Below are positions 27,261 through 41,339 of a DNA stretch of 64,000 bases, piece after piece. Where the stretch lies: positions 2,480,001-2,544,000 of the forward strand of contig JAQFVV010000004.1 in NCBI GenBank assembly GCA_028023455.1, in the 5' to 3' direction. Source of the stretch: Epiperipatus broadwayi (lineage: Eukaryota > Animalia > Onychophora). Position numbers and translations under genes: made by a program. Numbering within the stretch: the first letter of the stretch is position 1; every line of letters begins with the position of its first letter. Under the pieces are notes generated by a model that was not told where the DNA came from, made no database searches, and was given only the letters and a program-made list of their open reading frames with translations.

Positions 27261-28140
27261 CCCGCTGTTGAATATTTTTAAAATTATAAAATAAAAATTT
27301 ATTTTTGAAAAAACTTTCATTAACTTTGAAAACCTGACAAATTATTAATTTACTTTTTACAAACGAAACTAAAGTGAATATAATATTAAAAGATGAATAT
27401 ATTTTGATGCTTCAGTTTGTCAATTGACACTTAAGTTTGTAAATTGACCAATTAAAAGTTTACACTTTTACCTCACTTGGACAATAAAATACTAGCAGCT
27501 ACAAAGGTTGTCATATAATGTATGATTTGATTTGTTTACTATTTTTATAATATATTGAGTTGGTGAAAATGAAAAAATGTATTAGGTTAATAATCTATTT
27601 ATTTAGTGCCAAATCCATTTAATCATTTTATGATTACTCTTGTTAAATTGACTATATTTTAACAAAAACTTTTGTATACATACACATGATTGTTTAAACA
27701 TAACATTAAAACTATCTATTCTGATTAATTAAATATTAGTTTATCTGGCTCTCATAATAAGATTATTATTGTATTAATACAGTCTTAAATATCATATTTT
27801 ACTGTAATTAATCTAGCTCATTCTGCCTTGTGTATTTTTTGTAGTAATAGTTTTATATGTGTGTAGGGGTATTTTTCACAAAAATATTTTTTAACTGTGC
27901 TTTAAAAGAAAGAAAAATTTAGACACATATTCTGGTACACTATAATCAATAAAGTCTGTCAAGAAGACATCTTGGATATTAATCTACTATATTATGTAGT
28001 ATTATAAGAGACATGTGAATATCATTTTTTAAATTTATTATTGATCACAATAATATTACCAGGAATGGAAATTGGTTGAAATATAATATTATTTATTGAT
28101 TTATGTCTTTTTTTGTTAATTTATATGTATGTTCCTTTGG

Positions 28141-28217
<77 letters not shown>

Positions 28218-28235
28218 CACTAGATGGAGCTTTAC

Positions 28236-28476
28236 CAATAGCTCCTAACAAGCTTTTGTTTACATAAATGCCAAGAGAGATAGAATTCTATATCTCTTTC
28301 ATTGTCTCCCCTCTTTGTGGTTAGTGTAATAATGTTGTAATGTTGAAAATAATATTTATTCATTGTTTTAAAATATTTCTCCATCAAAATTAGCACTCTA
28401 AAATCTGCCAAACTTTCAAAACTCACCTACTTTTGAGCATTTCCATATCAATCAAAGCAAGTTCTCTTTTACAAAC
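28236..28476 (-). CDS. Candidate exon pair of an unidentified host gene (28476-28427 and 28310-28236)
   Basis: tttattttttAG acceptor, GTGAGT and GTAAAG donors. The join reads VCKRELALIDMEMLKSRGDNERDIEFYLSWHLCKQKLVRSY but needs an uncommon GAG acceptor. Confidence 0.3.
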
Positions 28477-29104
28477 CTAAAAAATAAAGTATTAGAAGTG
28501 ATATGTAGGACATGCATAGTCTATTTGGTTTTCCCACAATTTTAAAATGAAGACAAAAAAATTTTAATTTCAAAAGAAAGAGCAGCAGCTATGCTAACTT
28601 TTGCAAAATAGTTAAATAATATAAGCTTAATTATTTTAATGTCAATTATGCTAGTTCTGTAATTTTAAATATTTTAAAAACTAGATTTTAATATTCTTAA
28701 TAATATATAGCTTATCTTTAACTTAAAATACAATTATACTAAATGTAGTTTAGACAATGTTTATTAAATTAAGTTGCTTTAAAACAAACATTCTAAAAGA
28801 TTTAATAATATATTATAACCTTCTATAATGCTAATAGTTAGCTACAATTTATTTTAAAATAGGTCTAATTAATAGTTTAAATCTTCCAAGTGTATGTGCA
28901 TGTATAATATTTGTTTTGACTTAAAAGGAAATGTTTTAAAAGAAATTGATTATAAGTAAACTTTCTTGTTGAAAGAAATTAATATTTAAAACAACATAAA
29001 TGGCAATATGTTGTTTAACTATTTTGTTTAAAAAATATTTATTATCTTGAAAAATATAATGTATAATTTTGAAAACTTTTTTAAAAAGAAATTTTTTAAA
29101 AAAT

Positions 29105-30885
29105 TCTTCTCTGGGATAGCCATCCCTTCGCTGAAAGAGAGCACACATCATATCTCCTACATGGGTGACGTGGTAGTGTTTCTCTCATCTCAGGATGAGT
29201 TTGCAAGGCTCAAGAAACTTTTGGATCTATTCACCCATGAATTTAGTCTGAGAGTTAATGAACGGAAATCAGCAATTTGGTCCATCATGACAGGCAAACA
29301 AATTTTGGGTAGCTTTAAAGCCCCCTCTCAGAAATTTCTCAGGTTCCATCTTGACCTCCCCCCCATCTGTTATGAGGAGGGATTTGGAAAATTCATTGCT
29401 CTTCAGAATAGAATGCATGCTTACTTCACTATCTAAGATTTACCTTTCTTTGTTGGGGAAGGTTGCTCTCTTGAAAGCAGTGGTGTTAACCAAAATAATA
29501 TACTATCTGGATGGCTTTTTCCCAATAAATGCCTTCATTAAAAAGGTGGAGTCTTTATGTAGAGAGTTGTTCTGGAGAAGAAAGGATCCTGTCATCAGCC
29601 TCAACTTGTTTCAAAAACCTAAATTGTTTAACAGACTTGCCCTTCATTCAGTAAAAATATTTCAGATTCAACACATGCGTGTGTTGTTCAAGATTTTCAA
29701 GGACAACTTGGATGTGAAATGTTCACTTCCATTAGAAAAGGTGAAACCCACAGATCGTTCCTCTTCTAAATGAAGAAACTTGTGGTTGCAGCAGCAGGTG
29801 ACAATGATGGTTAAGAATGTCAAGACTTCTAGTTTCCTGTTACAAGCTAAATTGTACTATTGGGAGACTTATCAATCGATTTTTAATGGGAAAACCAAAA
29901 TCGATAATTTACTGCCAGTCAGAATTTCACATTTTACGAGGTTGACCAAATTTCTTAAGTTAGAAACCAATTTTGTAGATTTTTTATTGAAGGTCAACCT
30001 TGGGGACCTCCTTACTGGGGCTTTCCTTTGTTACCAAAGGGGTTACAAAATTGACCCCATATGCTCCCTATGTATGAAACAGGAGGAGTCCATGGTTCAT
30101 ATACTTACTCAATGTGATTCATGGACCTACCTTCAGAACCTAATTTTGTGAAAAACTTCAGAGGCTGACCTGTCCAGCATTTGTCTTACATCTGCATTTA
30201 AAAAGGGACTGTTTGGTACAATTCGACTTGCCACATTCATAAACTTTGTAATCTGGTCAGTAAGATGCAGGATTGTGTTTGACAGAGGATTGAACTGCCC
30301 TATTGATGAACTGTTTTTTAAGTTACTCATTAAAACAAGAGGAGACAAGTGGTCTTGTCAACTGTGGTTGGTAGATTAGACTTGGAGCCAGTTGAAGCTA
30401 TATTTTGAACTTTGTTGCCTACTGCACTTTGTCTGGCCCCATAAACTTGGGGTTGATCTTATTTACATTATATATGCTTATGATAAATCGATTTACTAAT
30501 TTAATACTATTACCTGTTATTAATTGATTGCTGTAATTTGCTTATCTCTTCGTATTTGAGACATTTGGTCTATTGATACATTGCAGATCCTATTTGCGAT
30601 TATCTTAAATTGTATACAGGAAGTAATCTTATGTAGATACTTATAGAGATATTTATTTGCTTTGTCTTAGTGGATTATAGTGTAAATTCTGTATTTTTAA
30701 TCATTTTGGTTTTTGTACTATTCACATGTCTTGTATTCAATCTAAATTGGTAATTTTGTTGACTTTATTTAACCAGTCGTTGAAATTTTGGACAAGTTAT
30801 ATGCCTTGTGCTCAATTCAAATTTGTATTCTTATGTACCTCTTTAGTATTGACCTTAAAGTGTGAATAAAATTTGATTTTTGAAA
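29105..30885 (+). mobile_element. 5'-truncated L1/Tx1-clade LINE (RT C-half, CCHC tail, 3' UTR)
   Basis: ISYMGDVVVFL (degenerate YADD), LRVNERKSAI, LSLLGKVALLKAVVL, IDPICSLCMKQEESMVHILTQC; AATAAA at ~30865. Confidence 0.85.
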
Positions 30886-31156
30886 ATAAATAATTATTTA
30901 TTGCTTGTAACATTTTAATTTCTTGCTAAATAATAATTAATGTAATATTTAAATCATTGTTAAGTCTGTAAAAGTCAAACATTTTTTAAAGTTATTTTTA
31001 GAATATTTTCCTTGACAATTAGTTAGAGGTCAAATTAATATCATTAATTGATGCCCTAAATTTATCAATCATTGATTCTTTCATATCATCTGACTTATTA
31101 TATAAGGGCTACTGATCATATGTTAAAACTTACATTACTCACTTGTTCTCATTATG

Positions 31157-31345
31157 CATCACATGATCACCATCTCTTATACTAGCACATAATCGTTTAT
31201 AAACAAGACAAAACTCTCCATATAGTAGTGTCCCCCTGTGCCAAACAAAGTAATCAATGTATGCCAGAAGGTTTGTGCATTAGATAAGGATTTTACTCTG
31301 GTTGGCACAGGATGGCATTACTGTATGGAGAGTTTTGTCTTGTTT
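31157..31345. mobile_element. Family A fragment, fold-back, no HHR
   Basis: aaacaagacaaaactctccatatagtagtgtccccctgtgccaa paired with ttggcacaggatggcattactgtatggagagttttgtcttgttt. Confidence 0.8.
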
Positions 31346-32437
31346 TGTTCCCATTATCTTCTAAGGTGTTAAATCATTAATTATCTAATTTGTTAATTTT
31401 AAATAATAAATAGCTAAAATATTTGCTTGGGCTTTCTGCTATAGCCTGACCATCTCTCTACAGTATCTCCCAAAAGTATACATCAAAAGAAAACTTTAAA
31501 CAACTTGTTATTTTGTTTTGTAACATCAGGAATTGTCACAGAGGTATAAAAGATTATAATGCTGGATAATTAACTTTTAATTTATTGTCTATTCATGTTT
31601 GAATTTAAATGAAATTGAGTCTGCTAATATTTTCAATACTAAACCTCTGCATGACCTTATAAATAAGTTATTATATTTTATTCTACAGCAAATAATAAAC
31701 TACATATTGCTTTATTGTTAATAAGTATTTCTTGATATGCTTAATTTTGTTTTATAACAAGATTTGAATTGTTGCAAAATTGAAGAATGTTTTAAGAATA
31801 ATAAGAGCAGCTGGTAAATAATAATTATGAAAATTTAAAATGCATTTATCTTGTTGAAATGAATTATTTTAGTAATATTATGCTTTCAAGTTAACATGAT
31901 ATCCGTGGAAAAATAACACTGTGCTAGTCTAAAATAAATAAAGTGTTTATTGCAATGTTTTTATAATTTAAAAATGGAAATATTGCATTCCAAGGAATTG
32001 TGTCTTATTTTTAAATACATTGTGGAAATTTTGGTCATTTTATTATCAGATAAATGTTTGTTGAAATATATTGTAATTTATTGAAATATTTTACTTGCTA
32101 TGGAAATAAAAATAAATATTTGTGCTAAAATATATTTCATTTCATCTGAATATTTTTACATGCTATGAAAATTTAATAATGTTGTGCTCTCTATAATGTA
32201 CATATTGTTTTATTAACTTTATATTGCTTCAAAGGAACTATTCTTGTGCACTCTATAAATTTCATTTTGTTTTAAATTATGCATTCCTTTGGAAGCAATC
32301 ATGTTATTAAACTTCATATTGCTTTAAATAATACTGTGCTATCTTTAAGTTGAATGGCTTTACATTGTACATTATTCTAGTGTGACAAATTTTGACAATT
32401 TTTTTCTTTCAAATGTGATATTTTAACACTGGCTTAG

Positions 32438-32567
32438 ATCTATAGAAAGACAAGTAAAGAAAATGGTGGACCACCCTTTTCTTGTAAAATTCTGTTTTGT
32501 ATTTACGGTTTGATCATTATTCAGATAGCCATCATAACATCTGATTGGCTTCCAGATAAGTATTATA
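32438..32567 (+). CDS. Candidate internal exon encoding a hydrophobic segment
   Basis: cttAG acceptor, A/GTAAGT consensus donor, 43 open codons IYRKTSKENGGPPFSCKILFCIYGLIIIQIAIITSDWLPDKYY. Product not recognised. Confidence 0.35.
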
Positions 32568-33554
32568 GTAAGTGTGAAATGTTTATAGCCTTTCAGTTTC
32601 ATTAAAAATATTTTAATAAAATATTCTAAATTTAAATGGAATCATTATCCAATTATAATGCTGTGCAGAATTGCTTTGCAATCAATGATTTCGGGACTAA
32701 GAAACTGTTATGGTAATAAAAAGGGCAGAACATAATATTTTAGATATACATTTATTTGTATATTTTCTTTATGCATATAATATTATTTGCTTATAATTTA
32801 TGTATAATATATACTACATGAGTATTGGAATTCTCAGAATATATTTTATTTGTCGATTAATCAAAGATAATATGTAAACTTAGTACGGAATTATTTAGAA
32901 TGGGGTATAAATGAATGTTTGAATTCTTGGAGTTGTGTCTTATTTCTTATTAAATTGCTAAGCCATAATTCATAAGCCTAATTATTTTATTTTAATTATA
33001 ATGTGTTTTATCAGTTTTTCACATCAAACATTTAATGTTGTATATAGATAAATAATAGATGTATCAAAGCTATTTTCATAGATTGTTTTAGTTCTGCTTA
33101 TGAAATGCAGTATATCATAGATGACATGTAGCTGAAAATACTATTTTGGCATGGTTTATCGTATTAAGTTTACTAAGATTAAAGATATGATCCTAATTCT
33201 TTATTTGCATTTATGGACAAAGGTATACATTTAGATTATTTCATCGTTTTGCCCATGTTTTTACTTGATGTTTTTTAAGGGAAAAAATGTTGAAGGCATG
33301 CATAACGGCAACCATGTCTTTATTTTGATCTTGATATTATAAGAGTAGTTTGAGTATTTTTATGTTGTTGATATTTATAGCATGTATATTTGGTGTGCAA
33401 AAGCCATGATAAAATATTTTATATCTAAACCTATGCAATTTTTTATATTGGCTTATGAAATTATCCATCTTCACCCAATTCAATGTTGTTTTATCATTGA
33501 CAATATTTATTTGTCAATACATTGAAGACTTTTCAAACTTAGGTCATACTGGGA

Positions 33555-33673
33555 AAGCTTGTGGTTAAGACCTGTAGAGGTCCCTCCCTTCGCATTTTCA
33601 CATGCATATTCTAGAGGTTTACAGTCTTAGTAAATATTCGTATTCTAGAAGTTTACAGCCTTAGTAAATATTA
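33555..33673. repeat. Family C copy in reverse orientation with a duplicated terminal segment
   Basis: aagcttgtggttaagacctgtagaggtccct... ending in two copies of tattctaga.gtttacag.cttagtaaatatt. Confidence 0.85.
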
Positions 33674-35532
33674 CTAGATTAATAATATAAATATGGGAGT
33701 TTTCTGTATTTATAACTGATAATATATTTAAATTTATTATTAAAATATTGTGATAATCACATTGTTTTAATCATATTAAATTTACAGTAATCCACAATTA
33801 TTATATTTCCTAGTATTAATATAATCTTTGTTTGATTCTTAAATTTTGACTTTATACCTGTATTATCATCTACATCATCAAAAAATCTAAATCACACAGA
33901 TATTATAATGTTTCAAATATAAGAGTATAATACTACTTAAGTCACTTCATTAAAGTTTATGCTATTTGATGTTAAAGTAACATCTATGGTTAAGATTATT
34001 TGATTTTATTATTTTAATTTGGATTGTAATAAACCCTTTGGTGTGATATATGAGGACGAACAAAATTCTTTTCTTGCTCATAGCATCATGAGTGTTATCC
34101 TAAATTGTTGAACAAGAAGTCATTTTAAATATAAGAGACTCATTATTAATTAAAATTAGATTTACTTATACATTGTAATAGGGTATTATTAGGAAAAAAG
34201 AATATCTTATTTGACACTAGGATATAGATTTTATATAACTCAAACCAGAAATGTAGAGTAATTAGATTTACTATGAAGTTTGTTTTATGTGATCTTCGTC
34301 TCTTAGATTTATTCAGAGCAATAGTAAACCTGAGACTGGTAAAACAATATATATTTGCACACTAGTCCATCTACATGAGTGTGTATTATTTAAAATGTTA
34401 AATGGAGAATAGGATGTATGTAATGAAACTTAGGTGCAGGTTAAGTTGTAAATCAATTTTTTTTGTAAATATAAATGGTAGTTCATTTTTACTTGATCTC
34501 TTCAATAACATATATTCTTCTTTGCAATGAAATTTATTCCATAGAATGATTTTTGATGATTTCATATAAGGTGATCTGTGTCTCAAAAATTATTTTCTCA
34601 CCATAAGAATAACTGAGATTGTATATGATTAAAGATGACTTCTTAAAAATATAGCACTTATATAGTAATAATTACCAAACAAATTCAATAAGAATTTTCA
34701 CTAATTATAAATTAATATAAAAACTGTTATATTATAGGATGTGCAATGAAATAGTATGCCATAAGTTCCCAATAAAATCAAAAGAATGAATTAGGTACAC
34801 ATTTAAGTCACTATATGGTCTATTTAGAACTTAAATTTCCCATAATGATTTTTATATACATCCCTATTCTTTAATAATTAAATTCAGGCTTACAATCATT
34901 TACCACTTCACCCAAATTTCCATTAAACCTATACTTATGACCCTATATCTATGACTCTATGCTCACTTCAAGTGTAAAATATGACTTATTAATAAATACT
35001 GCCATAAATATGGAAGTCACTTATTCTTTCAAATTTAAATAACAAACAAATTTTTTTAGGAAAATAAATAAATTAAACAATTGCAAGCAATAACAATAAT
35101 TATTGAAGTATAGATTATAAATTCAATCATACATGACTTTTTTTGATTATCAACTAAAATGTTATTTTGAATATAATATTTACAAAAGTAATTTCATAAT
35201 AAATAATAATGCAAGAAGTTAAAGAAAAGTAATTTAGATATCTCATGATTTCACACATTCACATGCAAAGGTCATTTAAGATTATTTATAACTGTTCAGA
35301 ACAGACAGTATATGAGTACAGATCACTGACATTTTTGAGTTTATCTATTCTGCTTTATCCTTTCTTCTTACTCTTAGCATGCATATCACTAATTTTAAAT
35401 AATGTTTAATGTGCTTGATAAGGCAAAAAGCAATTTTTGTTGAACTACATTGCAATGGTCAGACTACACACATTTAAATTTATTTAATTGACTTGGATAT
35501 CACCTGGCATTAAACATCAGAAAATAGACCAG

Positions 35533-35600
<68 letters not shown>

Positions 35601-35974
35601 AACAAGCTTGGAAATAATTTTTTTCATACGATAATGATGACAACTACAGAGCCACTATTTTCAATATCAGGCTAATCCATAATGAAATGGATATGAAATA
35701 AATATGCAGACCAGACATATAAAGGAGTTAACACACTATTTAAACTAATAACAAAACAATAAGTCAATACAAAATATTATAATTATCAGACAAATATAAT
35801 TTTTTTGCCAATAAAACTCCAATCTCTTTTTCTTGCATCTTTTCTTTCATTTTTTTTTGATCTCATGCACGTGAAAAACAATTGTTATTTATAAAGTGCC
35901 CATGGTTTATTTTGATTAATTTTAAAACATTAATCTTTAAATTAAATTTTATAATACAACGTAAACAACGTAAG

Positions 35975-36058
35975 TAATATTTACTAAGACTGTAACCTCA
36001 AGAATGGGTGCATAACAATGTGACAGTAGGGACCTCTACAGCTCTTAACCACAAGCTT
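35975..36058. repeat. Family C copy
   Basis: Same two termini as 9855-9937. Confidence 0.85.
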
Positions 36059-36501
36059 ACATTTTGGAAGAAAAAAGGGGAACTCTTCTTTACTTTAACC
36101 TACTTTCTATATAAATAGGTGCAGCTGAAGCGGTTAGATCTGAGAGCGTGAATATATATATATATATATAGTGACCTCACAAATATAACAAATATATTTA
36201 TATCAGAAACTTCATAGCATAGTCACACACATATAACAGAGGATAATTAATACAATTTTCTAGCAATGATAACTCTAGGCAGTGACTACTTTAGATCTGA
36301 TTTTGATTTAATAATAACACAAACTAATTGTATGAAGTGGTTCTTTGAATCCAACTCTGACTTACTAATAATACATTTAAGCCAATAAACATCACATGAC
36401 CACCACTTCTTATGCTTGTGTATAACTGTTTTAAAACAGGCAAAACTTACTCATTCAATATCCCCAGATCCCTAAACAGGCAAAACTTACTCATTCAATA
36501 T

Positions 36502-36541
36502 CCCCAGACTAGTTTCTGGCTTGTGGCCTTCATCAGTGAGG
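36502..36541 (-). ncRNA. Family A minimal type I hammerhead
   Basis: Exact reverse complement of 36972-37011. Confidence 0.8.
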
Positions 36542-36971
36542 ATGCTTGGATTGAGGAGCCTTGGATCTGAGAGCACTGCACCTAGATCTTAGGACCTAAT
36601 GCAACCCTCCAGCAGCCACCTTTTATCTCCACTCAACTACAAAACTACGAGTCTTAAATTGAAAACACCTTAATGTTTTCAATTCAAGCCCATTAGCTTA
36701 TATAGTTATATGGGCCTGAACTCAGTTCAGCACCCAAACATTTTGGTGTCTTTGGTTCTTTAATAACCATAGCCACTGCTATTCTATTAGGCAGTATTGG
36801 TTTTAAGCCAATAAACATCATGTGACCACCACTTCTTATGCTTGTGTATAACTGTTTTAAAACAGGCAAAACTCACTATGCGTATTGCCACACACAGCAA
36901 GCTAGAGTAATCAATGGATGCCAGAGGCTTGTGCATAAAATCCCTATCTAGTGACTCTCAGATCCAAGGCT

Positions 36972-37011
36972 CCTCACTGATGAAGGCCACAAGCCAGAAA
37001 CTAGTCTGGGG
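36972..37011 (+). ncRNA. Family A minimal type I hammerhead
   Basis: CCUCA CUGAUGA A GGC cacaa GCC A GAAA CUAG UC UGGGG. Helix I is CCUCA/UGGGG, helix III is the palindrome ACUAGU, predicted GUC cleavage after 37006. Confidence 0.8.
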
Positions 37012-37423
37012 ATATTGGATAAGTAGGCACTAGATAGAGATTTTATGCACAAGCCTTCTGGCATCCATTGATTACTCTAGCTTGCTGTGTGTGGCAATAC
37101 ATATAGTGAGTTTTGCCTGTTTTAAAAGTTATACACAAGCATAAGAAGTGGTGGTCATGTGATGTTTATTGGCTTAAAACCAATCCTGCCTAATAGGATA
37201 GCGGTGGCTATGGTTATTAAAAAACCAAAGACACCGAAATGTATGGGTGCTGAACTGAGTTCAGACTCATATGACTATATAAGCTAATGGGCTTGAATTA
37301 AAAACATTAAGGTGTTTTCAATTTAAGGCTCATAGTTTTGTAGTTAAATGGAGATAAAAGGTGGCTGCTGGAGGGTTGCATTAGATCCTAAGATCTAGGT
37401 GCAGTGCTCTCAGATCCAAGGTT

Positions 37424-37463
37424 TCTCACTGATGAAAACCACAAGCCAGAAACTAGTCTGGGG
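37424..37463 (+). ncRNA. Family A hammerhead with helix II damaged
   Basis: UCUCA CUGAUGA AAAC cacaa GCCA GAAA CUAG UC UGGGG. Confidence 0.7.
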
Positions 37464-39502
37464 ATATTGGCTGAGTAGGCACTAGATAGGGATTTTATGC
37501 ACAAGCCTTCTGGCATCCATTGATTACTCTAGCTTGCTATGTGTGGCAATATGTATAGTGAGTTTTGCCTGTTTTAATACTCATTTAACTGAGATAATCC
37601 TTTGGATCTTATCTCCAAATTTACAGAATAAAATTATAAATAATTCTACCACATAGATGTTGTGTAGAATAACCATTTAACACTGACCTAATAGTTGCAT
37701 GTATACAATAAATTCTAAGATACATAATTTTAACTCATATCAAAGAAAAGGAGGGCTGATTCATGTACAAATGGACTTTATTGGTATTTCATATTAAAGC
37801 TTTGTTTTGAAATTCAATTATTATTTTATATTCATTTTCCTTTTTTTTTTTGTTTTTAAAACTTCTATACTTTAATATTTTACAAGCATGCATATTTATT
37901 ATAAAGTGAGTGTTACACATTTGATTATTTAGCATACAATTTTACTATAAAGTGAGTGTTACACATTTGATTATTTAGCATACAATTTTACATTAAAGAA
38001 CACATTTTTAAATTGTTAACAAATCATAACAAATATATAGTCAAGATGGAGCAAAAAAAAATGTATATAAATTTCTCTTTTTTAACTTTTTTTAAACCTT
38101 TGTCCAATTTAATCACTCGATAATATAAAATATAGTTTGTTAGTATTAAATGTAAACTAAAATAAAACTTAAAATGATTAATATCTTAAGATAACAATCT
38201 AAATAAGTTTTTTTTAACTTACAAAATAGTGTGCTGAAGCCAAACTCTTTTTAGTTTAATATTTTCCCCATGATGGCCTGTATTAATTGATTCACTTATA
38301 AATTGCCATAACATGTTTTAACAATCTCCTGTCCTTAAAATTTTAAGTTTAACTACATCAGTGTCAAATCCATCTGGAAAATTTTTGAATAGACTCTAGT
38401 GACTAATATTTTTAATATGACACCATGTTATAATTTTTTTGTGTGAAATTGACATATATTACAAAATTAATTTATATTTTTACATTATAAATATTTAAAT
38501 CTTCTAATAATTAAAATATATTTAAAATTAATATTTTAAGATTGTAAAAATAAGTATCTAACTGAAAATCTTATGGATAAAAAAGGAACACCTCATTATT
38601 GCTTCATGATACCTATTCAAAAAGTTAAAAGAATAAAATATTAGAATTTTATGTTATTAAAAAATATATTTAGAATTAATTATCATCAAAGACAAAAAAA
38701 GTTCTAAAAATTAATAAATTATTAACTATTATTAAAACATTTCACTTACAGTCTTTACAAAAATGATTTTCTTTTTAATCTTACAAGTAACTGTTTTCAT
38801 GTCAACTTCCAGGACTCATAGCATACTTTTTCTACTTTTATAAGAGTGATATTTTTAAAAACAAATTGTTTTCAAAGTTAAATCCCTCTAATGATGTAGG
38901 TTTTGGTTTAATAATAAGTCTTTTATGAAAATATTGCATCATAATCATTTAACAATTACTGACAATGACATTTTTGTGGCATTTAGCTGCAGGGTAAAAG
39001 AATCTAAAGCATCAGCCAATCACAAATTGCCACTTCATTCATAGCTTTGTCAGAACAATATAATGTGCTGCTAATCATAGACAAAAATTTGAAAAGCTCT
39101 GTATGCTGTTGAAATCTCTCGAAAATTTTTTAAAATACATTAAAAATGGAAGCTTCATAGAGAATATTGCGGCAGCCAGTTACACACTGTAATTTAACAT
39201 ATACAATGCTTTAAAACAATGTAGAAAAGTAGTGATAACAGTGCCATTAGACTTCCTAAAATGTCAACTATGATAGCACTATCATAGCTTACTTTTGTGA
39301 AGGAGTTAATCATTGTTTATTCATTGTAATTAGAAAATCCTTTGAACATATAACTTGGTCAAGTCTGTCAGTGATCGAGGATAGATTTAAGCAGTCAGCA
39401 GTTTTCCTCTTTTCTATTCAAACATCATAATGAAAGTTTAATATAGTTTGAATAAAGTGAGAATTCAGATAATTTTTTTAACTTTAAGAAAAATTGTTTA
39501 TG

Positions 39503-40736
39503 CCACTAAACATCACATGACCACCATTCTTTATGCTTACACAAACTGCTAATAGAGAGGCCCTATACAGTAGCACCACTCAGTGCAAGCCAGAGTAATC
39601 AATAAATGCAATAAAGTTTGTGCATAAAATCCCCATCTACTGCCTACTTATTTAATATCCCCAGACTAGTTTCCAGCTTATGGATTTCATTAGTGAGGAG
39701 CCATGTATTTTAGAGCACTGTACCTAGACCTTAGGATCTAAAGCAACCATCCAGAAGCTGCCTTTTACCTTATTAGTTAACTATAAATCTTTGAGTTCAA
39801 AATAAAAACCCAATAATGTTTTCAAATTAAGCTTATTTGTTTGTATAGTCATATAAATCTGAATTCAGTTTAGCATCTCTATATTTTGGTGTTTTGGAGT
39901 CTTTAATAACCATAATAAACATAATTCTATTGGACAGGTTTGGTATTAAACAACTAAACATTATATGATCACCATTATTTATGCTTATATGAGCTGTTAA
40001 CATAGTGGCAAAACTCTCCTTACAGAGTAGCACCACTCAGCACAACCTAGAATAATCAATGAATGCAATAACATTTGTTTTCATGTTGGACTCAAAGCTT
40101 TATAGTTAACTAAAAAGGTAAAAGGTGAATTCTGGAGGGTTGCATTAAATCCTAAGGTCTAGGTGCAGCACTCTCAAATCCAAGAAAGCCACAAGCTAAA
40201 AGCTAGTCTGGGAATATTAGATGACTAGGCACTAGATCAGGATTTTATGCACAAATCTTCTAACATCCATTGGTTACTCTGGATTACATTGAGTTGTACA
40301 ATTGTATTGAGAGTTCTGTCTATGTAAACAGCTTGTATATGCATAAAGAATGGTGATCAAGTGATGTTTAGTGATTTAATACCAATCCTGCTGTATAGGA
40401 TTATAATGACTAAGGTTATTAAAGAACCAAAGACACCAAAATGTATAGATGCTGAACTGAATTCAGATGTATACAACTATACAAACAAATGAGGTTGGAA
40501 TTAAAAACATTGTGTTTTCATTTTGGAATCAAAGCTTTGTAGTTAATTAAAAGGTAAAAGGTTGCTGCTGGAGAATTGCATTAGATCCTAGTGTCTAGGT
40601 GCAGTACTCTCGGATCCAAGGCTACTCACTAATAAATGCCATAATCTAGAAACTAGTCTGAAGATATTTCATGAGTAGAAAGATGGGGATTTTATGTGTA
40701 AATCTTCTTGCCTCCATGTTGCTAAATTTTGCCTCT
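39503..40736. mobile_element. Family A inverted array, older
   Basis: Decayed HHRs at 39659-39698 (minus, CUAAUGA), ~40185-40213 (core deleted) and 40624-40663 (plus). Confidence 0.85.
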
Positions 40737-41339
40737 GTATTAAGAAAATATGCCTTGTTTTTGAACACCTTTGATCTTGTTTTTCACAAGCTTTGATAAT
40801 ATCAACTTAACATCTATAATATCTTGTCTTAACATTTTTAATATTTTATTTTTAACACCTTCATAATAAATATAGAAACACTTTCATCATTCAATTGATT
40901 GAACTTGCAAAACACTGTAATTATTGAATTTTGCCTGTATTTTTTGTCTTTTCAAATCTCATATCAAAACAAGTTTAATCTTTTTTTAATTTCATTATTT
41001 AAAATCTATTTTTTTAACTGAGCTGTTTGCAAGATATTTCATACATTCTTTGATAACAGAAAGTTTTAACATAATTTATATAATTTACAAGTTTCTTTTA
41101 ATTTTAAATATTTTTTAACAAACCTATTTTTTTATTTAATATTATTTTGCAGTATGACATTTAATATTTTTAACATTTGAATATACATATTATTATTACA
41201 TTTAATAACTTTTTTTTACTTCTAAACTGCTACATTTAATAATCCTTAAAACTCTGACACAACTCACAATCATGTGAAAGACCCCATAGCTGACAGTGAA
41301 ATGTATAAGAAATTTATTCATTTCCATATATATAATACT

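Larger units (their letters stand above)
36375..37577. mobile_element. Best-preserved family A array: divergent inverted arms with three HHRs
   Basis: Minus arm ~36375-36952 and plus arm ~36957-37577 are high-identity reverse complements. The cleavage-site to cleavage-site unit is 452 nt (37006 to 37458). Confidence 0.9.

Noticed and set aside
32439-32507. Alternative frame SIERQVKKMVDHPFLVKFCFVFT resembling AGC kinase HPFLV
   Set aside because: Ends in a stop or weak donor, and no ordered glycine-rich loop, HRD or DFG exons were found nearby; the overlapping frame has better splice signals.
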